Origin: Polyangiales bacterium
Lineage (GTDB): Bacteria > Myxococcota_A > Polyangia > Polyangiales > Polyangiaceae
Direction of reading: 5' to 3'
DNA: 64,000 bases
NCBI GenBank assembly: GCA_038230375.1
Contig: JBBRNJ010000033.1
Location: forward strand, 1-64,000
The translations under genes were made by a program, and so were the position numbers. Under the pieces are notes generated by a model. The model ran no database searches. It was not told the origin of the DNA and worked only from the letters and a program-made list of their open reading frames with translations. Below, piece by piece: positions 27,968 to 37,142 of the stretch; position 1 is the first letter of the stretch; every line of letters begins with the position of its first letter.

Positions 27968-28990
27968 TCAGTTGAGGTGCTTCTTGTCGTCTGGGTTTTT
28001 CTTTTCGCGATCTAGGAAGACGGTGGTGATTTCGCGTTCTAGGGCTTGTTGGAGCTCTAGCTCTACGCGTTCCAGTATTCCGGCCGCTCGTTCGACGTTG
28101 CGCTGATAGACGAAGAGGCGGGCGTAGAGGCTTGCGGGCTCTCCGATGAGCAGCGTGGGATCTTCCATCGGTGGCGCGTCGAGGATCATGAGGGCTCGCG
28201 GGTCGACGCCATCCACGACCAGCTCCGCGCCGGGCAGGTCCACCACGTACACCTCCGCGTGGCGTACGTAGCGACCGAGGATCGCATCCAGGTTCTGCAC
28301 CACGCGCCGCACGCTCTGCGAGAACGCGTCGGGCGAGGGCGCCCACAGCGGCGGCGCACGCAACAGGTCGGTGCTGCGCGCACGCAGGAACGACTCCACG
28401 GCGCCCTTGGGATCGCCCAGCTCTTCCCGGACCAGGCCCACGTAGTAGTGCGCGTCGGGGTGCTCCGGATCCTTCTTCGCCGCGTCCTCGAGGAGGGGAC
28501 GTGCCTGCTCCGCATCGCCCATCTCGTAATACGCGCGACCAATGAGGAACGTGTAGGCCGGGTTCTCCGGCGGCGGCTCAGGCAGCTCCAGCATGCAGTG
28601 CTTTGCGCCGGTCAGGTCGCCCTTGCCCAGATATGCGTCCACCTTGAGCAGGATGCAGTCGCAGATCTCTGCGGGGGTCTCCGCGTACTCCAGCGCGTCG
28701 TCGCAGAGGCCGATCGACTCGTCCCAGTCGCCGAGCGGATTCATGCAGAGCTCGGCGCAGTTGAGCATCGCCTCGAAGTACGTCTCGTCGAGCGCGATCG
28801 CCTGACGATAGTGCTCGAGCGCCTCCTCCGAATCGCCGTTCAGTGCGGTCGTGTAGCCAAGGAGGTTGTGCACCTCCGGCGACTCCGGATCGATCTCGAG
28901 CGCACGCCTCGCGCACGCGATCGCACCCGGGGCATCACCCTTCTGGGCGAGGTCCCAACCGCGGTCGAGGTGCGCTGTCAGCTGGTCCAT
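27968..28990 (-). CDS. TPR-repeat protein with C-terminal Zincin_1-like domain (no HExxH)
   Basis: Multiple TPR units (ALEIDPESPEVHNLLG, DPEHPDAHYYVG); VVDLPG...VDPRAL...LFVYQRNVER...ALEREI. Confidence 0.78.
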   Translation of the reverse strand: MDQLTAHLDRGWDLAQKGDAPGAIACARRALEIDPESPEVHNLLGYTTALNGDSEEALEHYRQAIALDETYFEAMLNCAELCMNPLGDWDESIGLCDDALEYAETPAEICDCILLKVDAYLGKGDLTGAKHCMLELPEPPPENPAYTFLIGRAYYEMGDAEQARPLLEDAAKKDPEHPDAHYYVGLVREELGDPKGAVESFLRARSTDLLRAPPLWAPSPDAFSQSVRRVVQNLDAILGRYVRHAEVYVVDLPGAELVVDGVDPRALMILDAPPMEDPTLLIGEPASLYARLFVYQRNVERAAGILERVELELQQALEREITTVFLDREKKNPDDKKHLN

Positions 28991-29192
28991 CGAAGACCTT
29001 CTACTTTGCGCATCTATCCTGGTACGTCAAGGTGCGTTAGCGGCCGCGCCTCCTCAAGCGGCAGCGGCAGCGGCGGCGGCTCCGCCCAACTCGTGCCGCT
29101 CGTCGCTCCGTTTCCTCCTGCCATCGCACCACCATCGCCACGACGCGGATCGCGATGCAGGGTGCATGGGTCACCCACTGGAGGAACCACTC

Positions 29193-29864
29193 ATGTCGAA
29201 CTGGATTGGAACACGCACACTCTCTCTGCTTGTCTCGTCCGCGCTGGTGCTCGTACCGGGCATCGCGTGCGCACAGAGCTCACCCGAATCGGCGCCGAGC
29301 GAGAAGACAGCATCGAGCACCGAACGCCCTCGCGCCGCCGCATCAGGCTCCACGTCGCTCGGCGTGTACTCGGGCCTTGGCTATCTCGGCATTCGCGACG
29401 TCAACGGCGGCGCGTTCCTGGTGGGCAGTCGCCTCGCCGTGGGCCGACACGCCGCGTTCAGCTTCGACTTCGGCTGGGGTGCGCTGAAGCTGACGGACTC
29501 ACCCGCGGTGCAGGATCGATGGTGGCTGATGCCGTCGGCTGCGTTCGTGATACCGGTCGGCCCCGCGCGGATCGATCTCGGTGTCGGGCTCGGCGTTGCA
29601 ACCACCTCGGGCTACGACTCCTCGTCGACGTTCCTCGCCGCGCCGTTCGATCCGAAATGGGCCTTCCAGCTCGTCCCTGCAGGCCGCCTTCAAGCCGTCG
29701 TGATGGTCCCCGTGACCGAGCACGTGGACATCTTCGCGCGCCCGGAGACAGGCATGCTGTTCGGCGCCGGGACCGCCGGCCTCCACAAGGGCAACGAGGA
29801 TCCGCCGCTTCGCGACGTGAGCTGGGCCGCGCTCTTCATCGGCGCGCACTACCGGGCGTGGTGA
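29193..29864 (+). CDS. Putative outer-membrane beta-barrel protein
   Basis: GGAGG RBS, signal peptide ending IACA, alternating strands, C-terminal GAHYRAW. Confidence 0.7.
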   Translation: MSNWIGTRTLSLLVSSALVLVPGIACAQSSPESAPSEKTASSTERPRAAASGSTSLGVYSGLGYLGIRDVNGGAFLVGSRLAVGRHAAFSFDFGWGALKLTDSPAVQDRWWLMPSAAFVIPVGPARIDLGVGLGVATTSGYDSSSTFLAAPFDPKWAFQLVPAGRLQAVVMVPVTEHVDIFARPETGMLFGAGTAGLHKGNEDPPLRDVSWAALFIGAHYRAW

Positions 29865-29873
29865 CCAGCCGGC

Positions 29874-31697
29874 CTAGCGCGCTTCGCCGTGCACGACGAC
29901 GCGCGTGCCGGGATGTTCGGTCGTCGACATCACGCCGTGCCAGCCTTCCGGCAGGTGCGGCTCCGTCCAACCGAACATCGCCTTCGCATCGAGCGGCGAG
30001 AGGTTCACGCAGCCGTGGCTCTGGGTGTGCCCCCAGTTGCCGTGCCAGAAGGCGCCGTGCAGCGCGTAGCTGCCGTTGAAGTACATGATCCACGGCACGT
30101 CCTCGATCGAGTACGGACTGTCGGACGCGACGTCGCCGTCCATCGTCGCGGCAATGTGCTTCTCGCGGATGCGGAACGTGCCGGGCGGCGTGGGGTGATC
30201 CTTTTCCTTGTCCTCGAAGTTACGCTTGCCGGTGGAGACGAGCGTTGCGTACACGGGGTTCGTTCCCTCGAACGCGACCATGGTCTCGGTCGTCAGGTTC
30301 ACGTCGACCCACTTCTCGCCAGGCGCCAGGTCGGACGGGGGAGCGCCCGGATCCGTGTGCGTGCCTTCGTTGCCGCGCATCCACCAGTTGTCCTCGGTCT
30401 CGTCGTAGCGCAGGCCACCGATCACGACGGAGTCGCCCGTGAGGCGCACCGGCGTGAAGCGCGACACGGAGTCGCCCGGGTTCACGTGCTTGTGATCGAC
30501 CGACACGATGTACTTCTTCGCGCGCGGATAAAGGACGAATCCGAGGCCCGGCCACTTGGCGGGCTTGCCCTCCGCCTTCTCATCGGCCGTCGGCGCCTGG
30601 CCCGCATCGCCCATCTTGGAGGGCAGGTCGCGTAGCCACACGCCGTGGTACTCGCTCACCGGCTTCTGCACGTAGATGCGATCGTACGGTGCGAGCATCC
30701 CGCCGACCGTCTTCCACCAGCGCGTGCCGCCGCCGGGGACTTCCTTGTCGAGCGCAAGGTAGAAGCCCTTCACCATGCGTCGCGCGACCGGGCCTTCGCC
30801 CTTCAGGTCGTCCAGGGTGATCCCTTGCGGCTTGCCGCCGTCGTAATCGCGCAGGTACCACGGCACGGCGACGCCGGCGTCGTACGGGTTTTCCTCGAGC
30901 ATCATGCGGCCATCGCGACCGTCCGAACTTCCGCCGCGTGCAGTCGCGAAGAACACGCCCGCGTCCATCATGTCTTCGGCGCCGCCCATGGGGATGGGGA
31001 TGGCCGTGACGACGGTGGCGGGAGACGCAGGGGTGGCCGCGGTGTCGGCGTCCTCGCGCGGCTTCGGCGGCGCCTTCTTCTTGTTGAGCCACGGCTCGAG
31101 CTGCAGGCGCTCCTCGCGCGAAGGGATGTGCCGGTAGAGCGGCGTGCCGTTCGCGACGTTGTACCCGTACTGGTAGGGCAGGGCGGAGGTCATGTCCGGC
31201 AGGTGCGGCGCGATCTTGAAGCGCGGGTGGTTGAGGTCGATCGATGCGTACTTGCCGCAGACGAAGCCGCCCGACACGAGCTCGTACCAGCCCTCTGCGC
31301 AGTTCGATTTCTTGTGCGCCTCGGGGAGGACGGGAACTTTTGCGCCCTGTCGCATGTATCCAAGGCGGACCACCTTGTCGCGCGGATCGTCGCTCTTCGC
31401 CCGCTTCCTTGCGTCGTCGGCATCGCCCGGCGGCCGCGGCCACTCCATGTCGCTCATGATGGGCGTCTGCAGGAAGAGCGCGCCGGCGTACGGACCGGTC
31501 CACTCGGCGCCCGCGTCCAGGTCATCCTTGCCGTTCGCGCCTGCATCGAGCGCGGCGCTGCTGTTCGTGACGCCAGGGTTGTTCTGGGTCGCGACCCTGG
31601 GTGCGGGCGGGGTCGTGCTGGTGCCTGATTCTCCGCAGGCAACAGCCGCGGAGCAAACGAGGGTGCCTAGCAGGACGGGTAGGGCCGATCGACGCAT
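29874..31697 (-). CDS. L,D-transpeptidase (YkuD/ErfK family) lipoprotein
   Basis: Lipobox AVAC; WVDVNL, VSTG, TPPGTFRI, ALHGAFWH...SHGCVNL catalytic motif. Confidence 0.9.
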   Translation of the reverse strand: MRRSALPVLLGTLVCSAAVACGESGTSTTPPAPRVATQNNPGVTNSSAALDAGANGKDDLDAGAEWTGPYAGALFLQTPIMSDMEWPRPPGDADDARKRAKSDDPRDKVVRLGYMRQGAKVPVLPEAHKKSNCAEGWYELVSGGFVCGKYASIDLNHPRFKIAPHLPDMTSALPYQYGYNVANGTPLYRHIPSREERLQLEPWLNKKKAPPKPREDADTAATPASPATVVTAIPIPMGGAEDMMDAGVFFATARGGSSDGRDGRMMLEENPYDAGVAVPWYLRDYDGGKPQGITLDDLKGEGPVARRMVKGFYLALDKEVPGGGTRWWKTVGGMLAPYDRIYVQKPVSEYHGVWLRDLPSKMGDAGQAPTADEKAEGKPAKWPGLGFVLYPRAKKYIVSVDHKHVNPGDSVSRFTPVRLTGDSVVIGGLRYDETEDNWWMRGNEGTHTDPGAPPSDLAPGEKWVDVNLTTETMVAFEGTNPVYATLVSTGKRNFEDKEKDHPTPPGTFRIREKHIAATMDGDVASDSPYSIEDVPWIMYFNGSYALHGAFWHGNWGHTQSHGCVNLSPLDAKAMFGWTEPHLPEGWHGVMSTTEHPGTRVVVHGEAR

Positions 31698-31899
31698 GGT
31701 GAGGGAAAAGCACCTCCGAGAAGACATCTCTTTGGCAGCTTCGCCCCTTCGTAGCGCAAACCCTGGTCGCGGATCCATTATTCGGCCGTCCTTTCTACGG
31801 GGAATAATCACTGCGAGCCGTGTGCCGAGGAGTAGGCGGTCCGAAGGGTGCTGAAGACGCGGCAAAAACCTTGGCGGAGGGTGAGATGCCGACGCTAAG

Positions 31900-33435
31900 G
31901 TGTGTCTGGAAGTAAGGTTGGGCGTGGCAAAGCGGACGCGAACGTGGCGGAACTCAGCCCGGGCCGGCGCCTCGCGCGTCGCCCCGACGGCTCCGCACGC
32001 GACCGAGCCGCTGAGCGGTCCGCTCGCGAGGAAGAAGCTCTCTGGCCCCGAGCGCTTCTGGGACCTGCGCCGCGTCCGGATCGCGGCGGCGATCATGCTC
32101 CTGCTCTCCGCCGGCGTTCACTACTTGTTTGCGCCGTGGACGCTCTTTCCGCATCCTAGCGGCATCGAGCTTCACGACGTCGCGGACGAGCTCACCATCC
32201 CCGTGGACCTCCTGGGCGACGACAACACATCGACGCAAGAGCCTCCACCCGAGCAGCATCCAGCGGTGCCCGATCCCGTCGACCCGCAGGAGGGACCGGG
32301 CGGCAAGGATGGCGGCGCAAAGCCCAAGCCCGACGCCGGTGCGCGCGACGCGGCGCCGCAGGACGCGAGCCCGATGGACGACGGAGGCAACACGAACATC
32401 GCGAGCCTCGCAAAGGACGCAAGCACGACAGCGCTGAACGATCAGGACGCCGCACCGACGGCGCTCACCGGCCTCGATGCTGGCGCGATCGCCTCCCTCT
32501 CGAGCGACGCGGGCGGCGTGCCAGGCGCAGGCGGTCCGCGCGGCCCCGCGGAGATGCTGGGCATGAGCTCCGTGGTGACCGCCGGTCAGGTGAACGTCAC
32601 GTTGCTCGTGAACCTGGCGGTGATCCGCACGCACCCCGTGGGCTCACGCATCGGCCCCATCTTCCAGGGGATACCGCAGTGGGCGGAGTTCATGCACGGC
32701 GCGGAGACCAAGTTCGATCCGCTGCAGGCTGCGGACTGGATCCTGATCTTCGGCCCGTCGCTCATTCACACCGACCGCGACGCGGTGTTCGTCCGCTACA
32801 ACATGCCCGACAAGGTGGCGGACGGAATGATCGACAAGGTCTCCGGCTTGTCTGCAGGACGCGGCGGCGCGTTCGACGCAGGTGTGTCCGGGGTCCACGC
32901 CGCAAAGACGTGGGCGGACAACGGCGACCGCGTGATGATGCGGGTCCAGCCGGGGCTCCTGCTCGTGGTGCCGCCGGACAAGGCGTTCGAGTTCGCGAAG
33001 GTCTACAAGCGGACCGGGCTGTCGCCGCGCCTACGCCCAGGCGAGGCCATGCGGCTGACGGTGAAGGATCCGTGGCGCCAGATCTCGATCCCGAACCTGA
33101 AGTTCCCGAACAGCCTGAGCGAGCTCCGCTTCTGGATCATCCCCCACGACGACGATGGCAGCGCGGATGTCTACGGCGAAGGCGACTGCGGCACGCCCGA
33201 GCACGCGGGGGAGGTCGCCGACGCGCTCCGTGAGATGGTCAAACGCACGAACGCGAGCATGCTGGTGAAGATCGCCACGCACGGGCTCCTCAACGGCGTC
33301 GAGATCGATCCCGTCGGAGACAAGGTGAAGATACATCTTGGAGCCAACCGCGATCAGCTCGAGACGCTGCTGGGCCTGATAGGCGCGCAGTTCGGAGTGA
33401 ACATCGCGCCACCGCCAGGAGGCGCGCCGCAGTAG
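31900..33435 (+). CDS. Membrane-anchored hypothetical protein (start uncertain)
   Basis: One N-terminal TM (IAAAIMLLLSAGVHYLF), Pro/DAG linker, globular C-terminal region; GC-type codon usage. Confidence 0.7.
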   Translation: MCLEVRLGVAKRTRTWRNSARAGASRVAPTAPHATEPLSGPLARKKLSGPERFWDLRRVRIAAAIMLLLSAGVHYLFAPWTLFPHPSGIELHDVADELTIPVDLLGDDNTSTQEPPPEQHPAVPDPVDPQEGPGGKDGGAKPKPDAGARDAAPQDASPMDDGGNTNIASLAKDASTTALNDQDAAPTALTGLDAGAIASLSSDAGGVPGAGGPRGPAEMLGMSSVVTAGQVNVTLLVNLAVIRTHPVGSRIGPIFQGIPQWAEFMHGAETKFDPLQAADWILIFGPSLIHTDRDAVFVRYNMPDKVADGMIDKVSGLSAGRGGAFDAGVSGVHAAKTWADNGDRVMMRVQPGLLLVVPPDKAFEFAKVYKRTGLSPRLRPGEAMRLTVKDPWRQISIPNLKFPNSLSELRFWIIPHDDDGSADVYGEGDCGTPEHAGEVADALREMVKRTNASMLVKIATHGLLNGVEIDPVGDKVKIHLGANRDQLETLLGLIGAQFGVNIAPPPGGAPQ

Positions 33436-33551
33436 GTCGAGGTCGAGGTCGATGTCGATGTCGAAGTTCAGGTCGAAGTCGAAGTCGAGGTCATCGTCGA
33501 TGTCGAAGTCGAGGTCAGTCGAGATCATCGTCGAAGTCGAAGTCGCCGTCG
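33436..33551. repeat. Degenerate intergenic hexamer repeat (GTCGAN)n
   Basis: GTCGAG GTCGAG GTCGAT GTCGAT GTCGAA GTTCAG GTCGAA... starting right after the stop codon and ending at a T6 run. Confidence 0.85.
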
Positions 33552-33576
33552 TTTTTTGCTAAGCGTCCCTTCCGCG

Positions 33577-34014
33577 ATGAAAAAAGCTCTTCTCCTCCTC
33601 CTCTGCTTCTCCGCTGTGGGCTGCTCCAAGAAGGTCGACGAGCCCTCCGACTCCTTCAAGCCGAACACCGTCGCCGAGACCCCCGCTCCCACGAAGCTCG
33701 AGATCAAGGACGAGGTTGTCGGCACTGGCAAGGAGGCGAAGACCGGCAGCGTGGTCAGCGTCCACTACACGGGCACGCTCATGAACGGCACGGAGTTCGA
33801 CAGCTCTCGCAAGACCGGCAAGCCGTTCGACTTCCCGCTCGGTGGCGGTCAGGTCATCAAGGGCTGGGACCAGGGCGTCGTCGGTATGAAGGTGGGCGGA
33901 AAGCGCAAGCTCGTGATCCCGTCGGACCTTGCCTATGGCGAGTCGGGCTCGCCTCCGACGATCCCGCCGAACGCACCGCTCAAGTTCGACGTCGAGCTGC
34001 TCGACGTGAAGTAG
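33577..34014 (+). CDS. FKBP-type peptidyl-prolyl cis-trans isomerase, lipoprotein
   Basis: Lipobox [39 protein letters not shown]. Confidence 0.95.
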   Translation: MKKALLLLLCFSAVGCSKKVDEPSDSFKPNTVAETPAPTKLEIKDEVVGTGKEAKTGSVVSVHYTGTLMNGTEFDSSRKTGKPFDFPLGGGQVIKGWDQGVVGMKVGGKRKLVIPSDLAYGESGSPPTIPPNAPLKFDVELLDVK

Positions 34015-34018
34015 CCCC

Positions 34019-35944
34019 TCAGGGGATCCGCAGGGCGGTCTGGCTCTGCCCGAGGAGCTGCGCGTCGATCTCGTGCGCGAGGGCCGACATGATCTCGGGG
34101 CGGCCGGGGCCGATGCGTAGATCGCCCGCGCTCGACTGGACCACGATGGCCCCCGGCACGAGCTCCGCGCCGCGGATGCTCGCCCAGTCTCGGGTGGTGC
34201 CGCCGTAGGTCACGCCGCGCGCATCCGTGACTGCGTCCATGGGCATGGTGCGGGCAATGACGTCGAGCAAGACACCGAACGTGGCGAGCAGCGCCGCCGA
34301 CACCAGCACGAAGATCACGCTCACGTGATGGCGGTTGTACTGGAGCACCCCCCCGAACACGAAGAGGATGAACGCGGAGAGGTGCAGGCCCAGCACCGCC
34401 GCGCCGAAGAACACCTTGTTGCCCACCGGGAAGTGCCTGCGCCCTTCCATGGGCGTCTCGGTGAGGATGCCGTAGCGAAGCGAGCGCCGGAGCAGCATCA
34501 CGAACGATGCCGCAAGGCCGAGCACGAGCAGCGTGGCGAGCGCGCCTCCGCCATCGGTCGAAAGAAGAGCGTCATAGGTACCATGTGAGAGGGCAGCAAG
34601 GCCGAAGAACATCAGCCTTCTTCCCTTCTTGCGGTGCAGGGCCTCACCGAACCCAAAGCCCCAGAGCGCCCCGAAAAACATGTGCGCGGGCACCGTCATG
34701 AACGCCCGCGCGCAGACCAGCGGCGCCGCCAGCCGGCCCATGGCGAAGTAGCGCAGGTTCTCCGCAGCGGCGAAGCCCAGCGACGCGGTCACGCCATAGA
34801 CGATGCCGTCGACCGGCTCGTCGAACTCCTTGCGCCGGAACGCGTAGACGGACGCCAGGAGCTTCACGCCCTCCTCCACCACACCCACCGTCACCGTGAA
34901 GACCACGAGCGCGAGCGGCAGGGCGATCCACCTGCCGCCCATCGTGGCGAGCTGCGGATCCAGGTACGGCGTTGCGAGCGAGATGTACTTCTCCGCGTAG
35001 CCGGCGGGGATGACCGAGAGGTTGCCCAGGACGAACGTGATCACGATGAGGCGCATGGGCTCGGGGTGCGCGCGATCGAACCGGCGCACGAACCAGAGCC
35101 ACCCCACCGACACGCCGAACGGCAGCACGATGCACGCCAGGAAGAGCGGCCAGTTCCTGGGAAGGGCGTTGTCGGCGACGCGACGCAGGGGAGGGAAGGT
35201 TGGCCCTCCAAGGAGGCGCTTGGTCTCGTGAGCGATCGTGTACGACGTGAAGTCCTTCGTGAAGTGCAGGACGAGCGGCGCACTGGGGAGCGGCGCCGGC
35301 CCTTCGCCCAGGATGTTCGAGCCCAGCGCGAACAGGAACGTCGCCTTCGGATCCGCGGGCACGTGCTCTGGCGCGGTTTTCGGCGTGATGATCAGCGCGC
35401 CGCCCTCCGCACGGTCGTCGAGCTTCGCGCCTTGCACCACGAACACGGCGTTCTTCTTCGCGATGCGCACCGTGTACGCGCCAGCTCCAAGCGAGCGGTA
35501 GAGCGCGCGGCGATCGTCCGGGAGCTTCGCGGCGGCGATCGCCTTCGTGAGCTCCACGCGCGGCGCGACGAAGGCGCCGGCCTTCTTGGTTATGCCAGGC
35601 AGTGCGAGGGCGTACGCGTCGTCCGGTTCGTACGCAGACACGCCGCCGTTCCACGCGAGCATGTCGGTCGCTGTCTGTGCGAGCGCGGAGTCGACGGTGA
35701 CCGTGAGCGTGCGGTCGTCGTTGCGCACCACGTCCGACGTGACATGCGCGGCCGAGAGCCTGCTCGAGATTGCGGACACCACGGCGGGCGTGAGTCGCTC
35801 CGCGGGGTCAGACGGTTCGAAGCGCAGCTCGACATCGGAGAGACCGACGGTGTCACGCGCGCCGCAGCCGACCACGAGCAACGCGACTGCGCAGAGAACG
35901 CACACGGAGCAAACGGAGCTGGCGAGGCGCGCGAGGCGACCCAC
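34019..35944 (-). CDS. PrsW-family intramembrane glutamic protease with N-terminal SecD-like extracytoplasmic region
   Basis: D...PEP, VEEGVK, FDEPVDGIVYG, GFAAAEN, AH, HGTYD; lipobox-like VVGC after GTG 35944. Confidence 0.8.
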   Translation of the reverse strand: MGRLARLASSVCSVCVLCAVALLVVGCGARDTVGLSDVELRFEPSDPAERLTPAVVSAISSRLSAAHVTSDVVRNDDRTLTVTVDSALAQTATDMLAWNGGVSAYEPDDAYALALPGITKKAGAFVAPRVELTKAIAAAKLPDDRRALYRSLGAGAYTVRIAKKNAVFVVQGAKLDDRAEGGALIITPKTAPEHVPADPKATFLFALGSNILGEGPAPLPSAPLVLHFTKDFTSYTIAHETKRLLGGPTFPPLRRVADNALPRNWPLFLACIVLPFGVSVGWLWFVRRFDRAHPEPMRLIVITFVLGNLSVIPAGYAEKYISLATPYLDPQLATMGGRWIALPLALVVFTVTVGVVEEGVKLLASVYAFRRKEFDEPVDGIVYGVTASLGFAAAENLRYFAMGRLAAPLVCARAFMTVPAHMFFGALWGFGFGEALHRKKGRRLMFFGLAALSHGTYDALLSTDGGGALATLLVLGLAASFVMLLRRSLRYGILTETPMEGRRHFPVGNKVFFGAAVLGLHLSAFILFVFGGVLQYNRHHVSVIFVLVSAALLATFGVLLDVIARTMPMDAVTDARGVTYGGTTRDWASIRGAELVPGAIVVQSSAGDLRIGPGRPEIMSALAHEIDAQLLGQSQTALRIP

Positions 35945-36035
35945 GACATCGCGATGCGCTCCGGTGGTTCGAGGGTGCACGCTCGGGAAAATACGCCCGA
36001 CCTCCCCACGAAAAAAGCTGTAAAGTGCTGCCGTC

Positions 36036-36458
36036 ATGCCGGATCCGAAGACACTCTACTCCGTCGTTGCGCTCGTCGTCGTCGGGCTCGTTGCCTGGGT
36101 CGGCTTCGTGCTGGCCAGTGTGAAGCAGCAGTGGGCGCGCGAAACGCCAACCGAGCTTGCCGAAGGCACCTCCGCTCCCAGCGACGTCAAGGTGCTGGAG
36201 GAGGGACAGGCCGAGGAAAAGAGCGAGGAGAAGGCCAAGGCCGAAGAGAAGGTCGAGGCCAAGGCTGAAGAGAAGGTCGACGCCAAGGCTGAAGAGAAGG
36301 TCGACGCCAAGGCTGAAGAGAAGGTCGACGCCAAGGCTGAAGAGAAGGTCGACGCCAAGGCCGAAGAGAAGGCCAAGGCCGAAGAGAAGGTCGACGCCAA
36401 GGCCGAAGAGAAGACAGCCGACGGGGTGGAGCCGAAGAAGGACGAACCTACGGCTTGA
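36036..36458 (+). CDS. Single-TM protein with charged KAEEKVDA repeats
   Basis: N-terminal TM then an E/K/A tandem repeat. Confidence 0.7.
   Translation: MPDPKTLYSVVALVVVGLVAWVGFVLASVKQQWARETPTELAEGTSAPSDVKVLEEGQAEEKSEEKAKAEEKVEAKAEEKVDAKAEEKVDAKAEEKVDAKAEEKVDAKAEEKAKAEEKVDAKAEEKTADGVEPKKDEPTA
36231..36413 (+). repeat. Coding tandem repeat, 24-nt unit AAGGTCGACGCCAAGGCYGAAGAG
   Basis: Several near-identical consecutive copies with degenerate flanking units. Confidence 0.9.
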
Positions 36459-37140
36459 GGGCGGCTCTCGTCACGCCTCGGAGGACGTACTCGAGGTAGC
36501 TCTGCGGACCTTCTGCCCACACGCAGAGCGGCGCCACGAGATCGCCGTCCTCGTCCACGGCGTAGAGCAGCTCCGATTGTCCGATGGGCGGCAGCTCCAT
36601 CAGGTAGGTCCTCGGCGGGACGGCGTCTTCCTCCACGAAGCGCGCGGACTCGAACGAGAGGCGATCGGCGAACGACTCGATCACCCCCTTGTGCCGCTCC
36701 TCGTCCAGGAGCGCGAGCGGGAGGAGCTCCCACCCCGCGTCGATCAGGACTGGAAACATGTCCTCATCCGCCGCGTCGTCGAACGGCGGACGATCCGTTT
36801 CGCCCAGGAAAGCGAGGTGATCCGTGAGGCGATCGTGCACCTCCTCCAGGTGCTCGTGCGCGGACCAGAACGCCGCGAGGATCGTCACGAGCTCCGAGTC
36901 TGTCGCGCGCCTGATCAGCTGCGGGTCCCGTGAGAGCTTGTCGATCTTCGGATCTCCGAGGACCTTCTCCGCCCAGAGCGCGATCTCTGCATCGGGAGGC
37001 AGCCGCGGGCGCGCCGCATCCACGGCGAACGCGTGCACCTCGTGGCAGCGGCCCAGCACGTACCTGTGTCCGCCCAGCGCGCGCACCACGCGTACGGCTT
37101 GCTCCCCGGTGGCGATGTCGTCGAAGTCGAAGGCTTCCAT
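36448..37140 (-). CDS. Acidic hypothetical protein
   Basis: 230-aa ORF starting 2 bp after the MscS stop; typical codon usage. Confidence 0.7.
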   Translation of the reverse strand: MEAFDFDDIATGEQAVRVVRALGGHRYVLGRCHEVHAFAVDAARPRLPPDAEIALWAEKVLGDPKIDKLSRDPQLIRRATDSELVTILAAFWSAHEHLEEVHDRLTDHLAFLGETDRPPFDDAADEDMFPVLIDAGWELLPLALLDEERHKGVIESFADRLSFESARFVEEDAVPPRTYLMELPPIGQSELLYAVDEDGDLVAPLCVWAEGPQSYLEYVLRGVTRAALKP

Positions 37141-37142
37141 GT

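Noticed and set aside
19841..28093. Diversity-generating retroelement as the cause of A-rich gene tails
   Set aside because: No reverse transcriptase or template/variable repeat pair in the window; the changes look synonymous and toward A, unlike DGR A-to-N mutagenesis
33031..33528. 165-aa - strand ORF beginning with DLDFDID repeats
   Set aside because: Translation of the non-coding GTCGAN tract running antisense into a real gene
36231..36413. CRISPR array (also considered for 19193-19318 and 49551-49666)
   Set aside because: Repeats are tandem and in-frame, or only 6 bp long, with no unique 30-40 bp spacers and no cas genes
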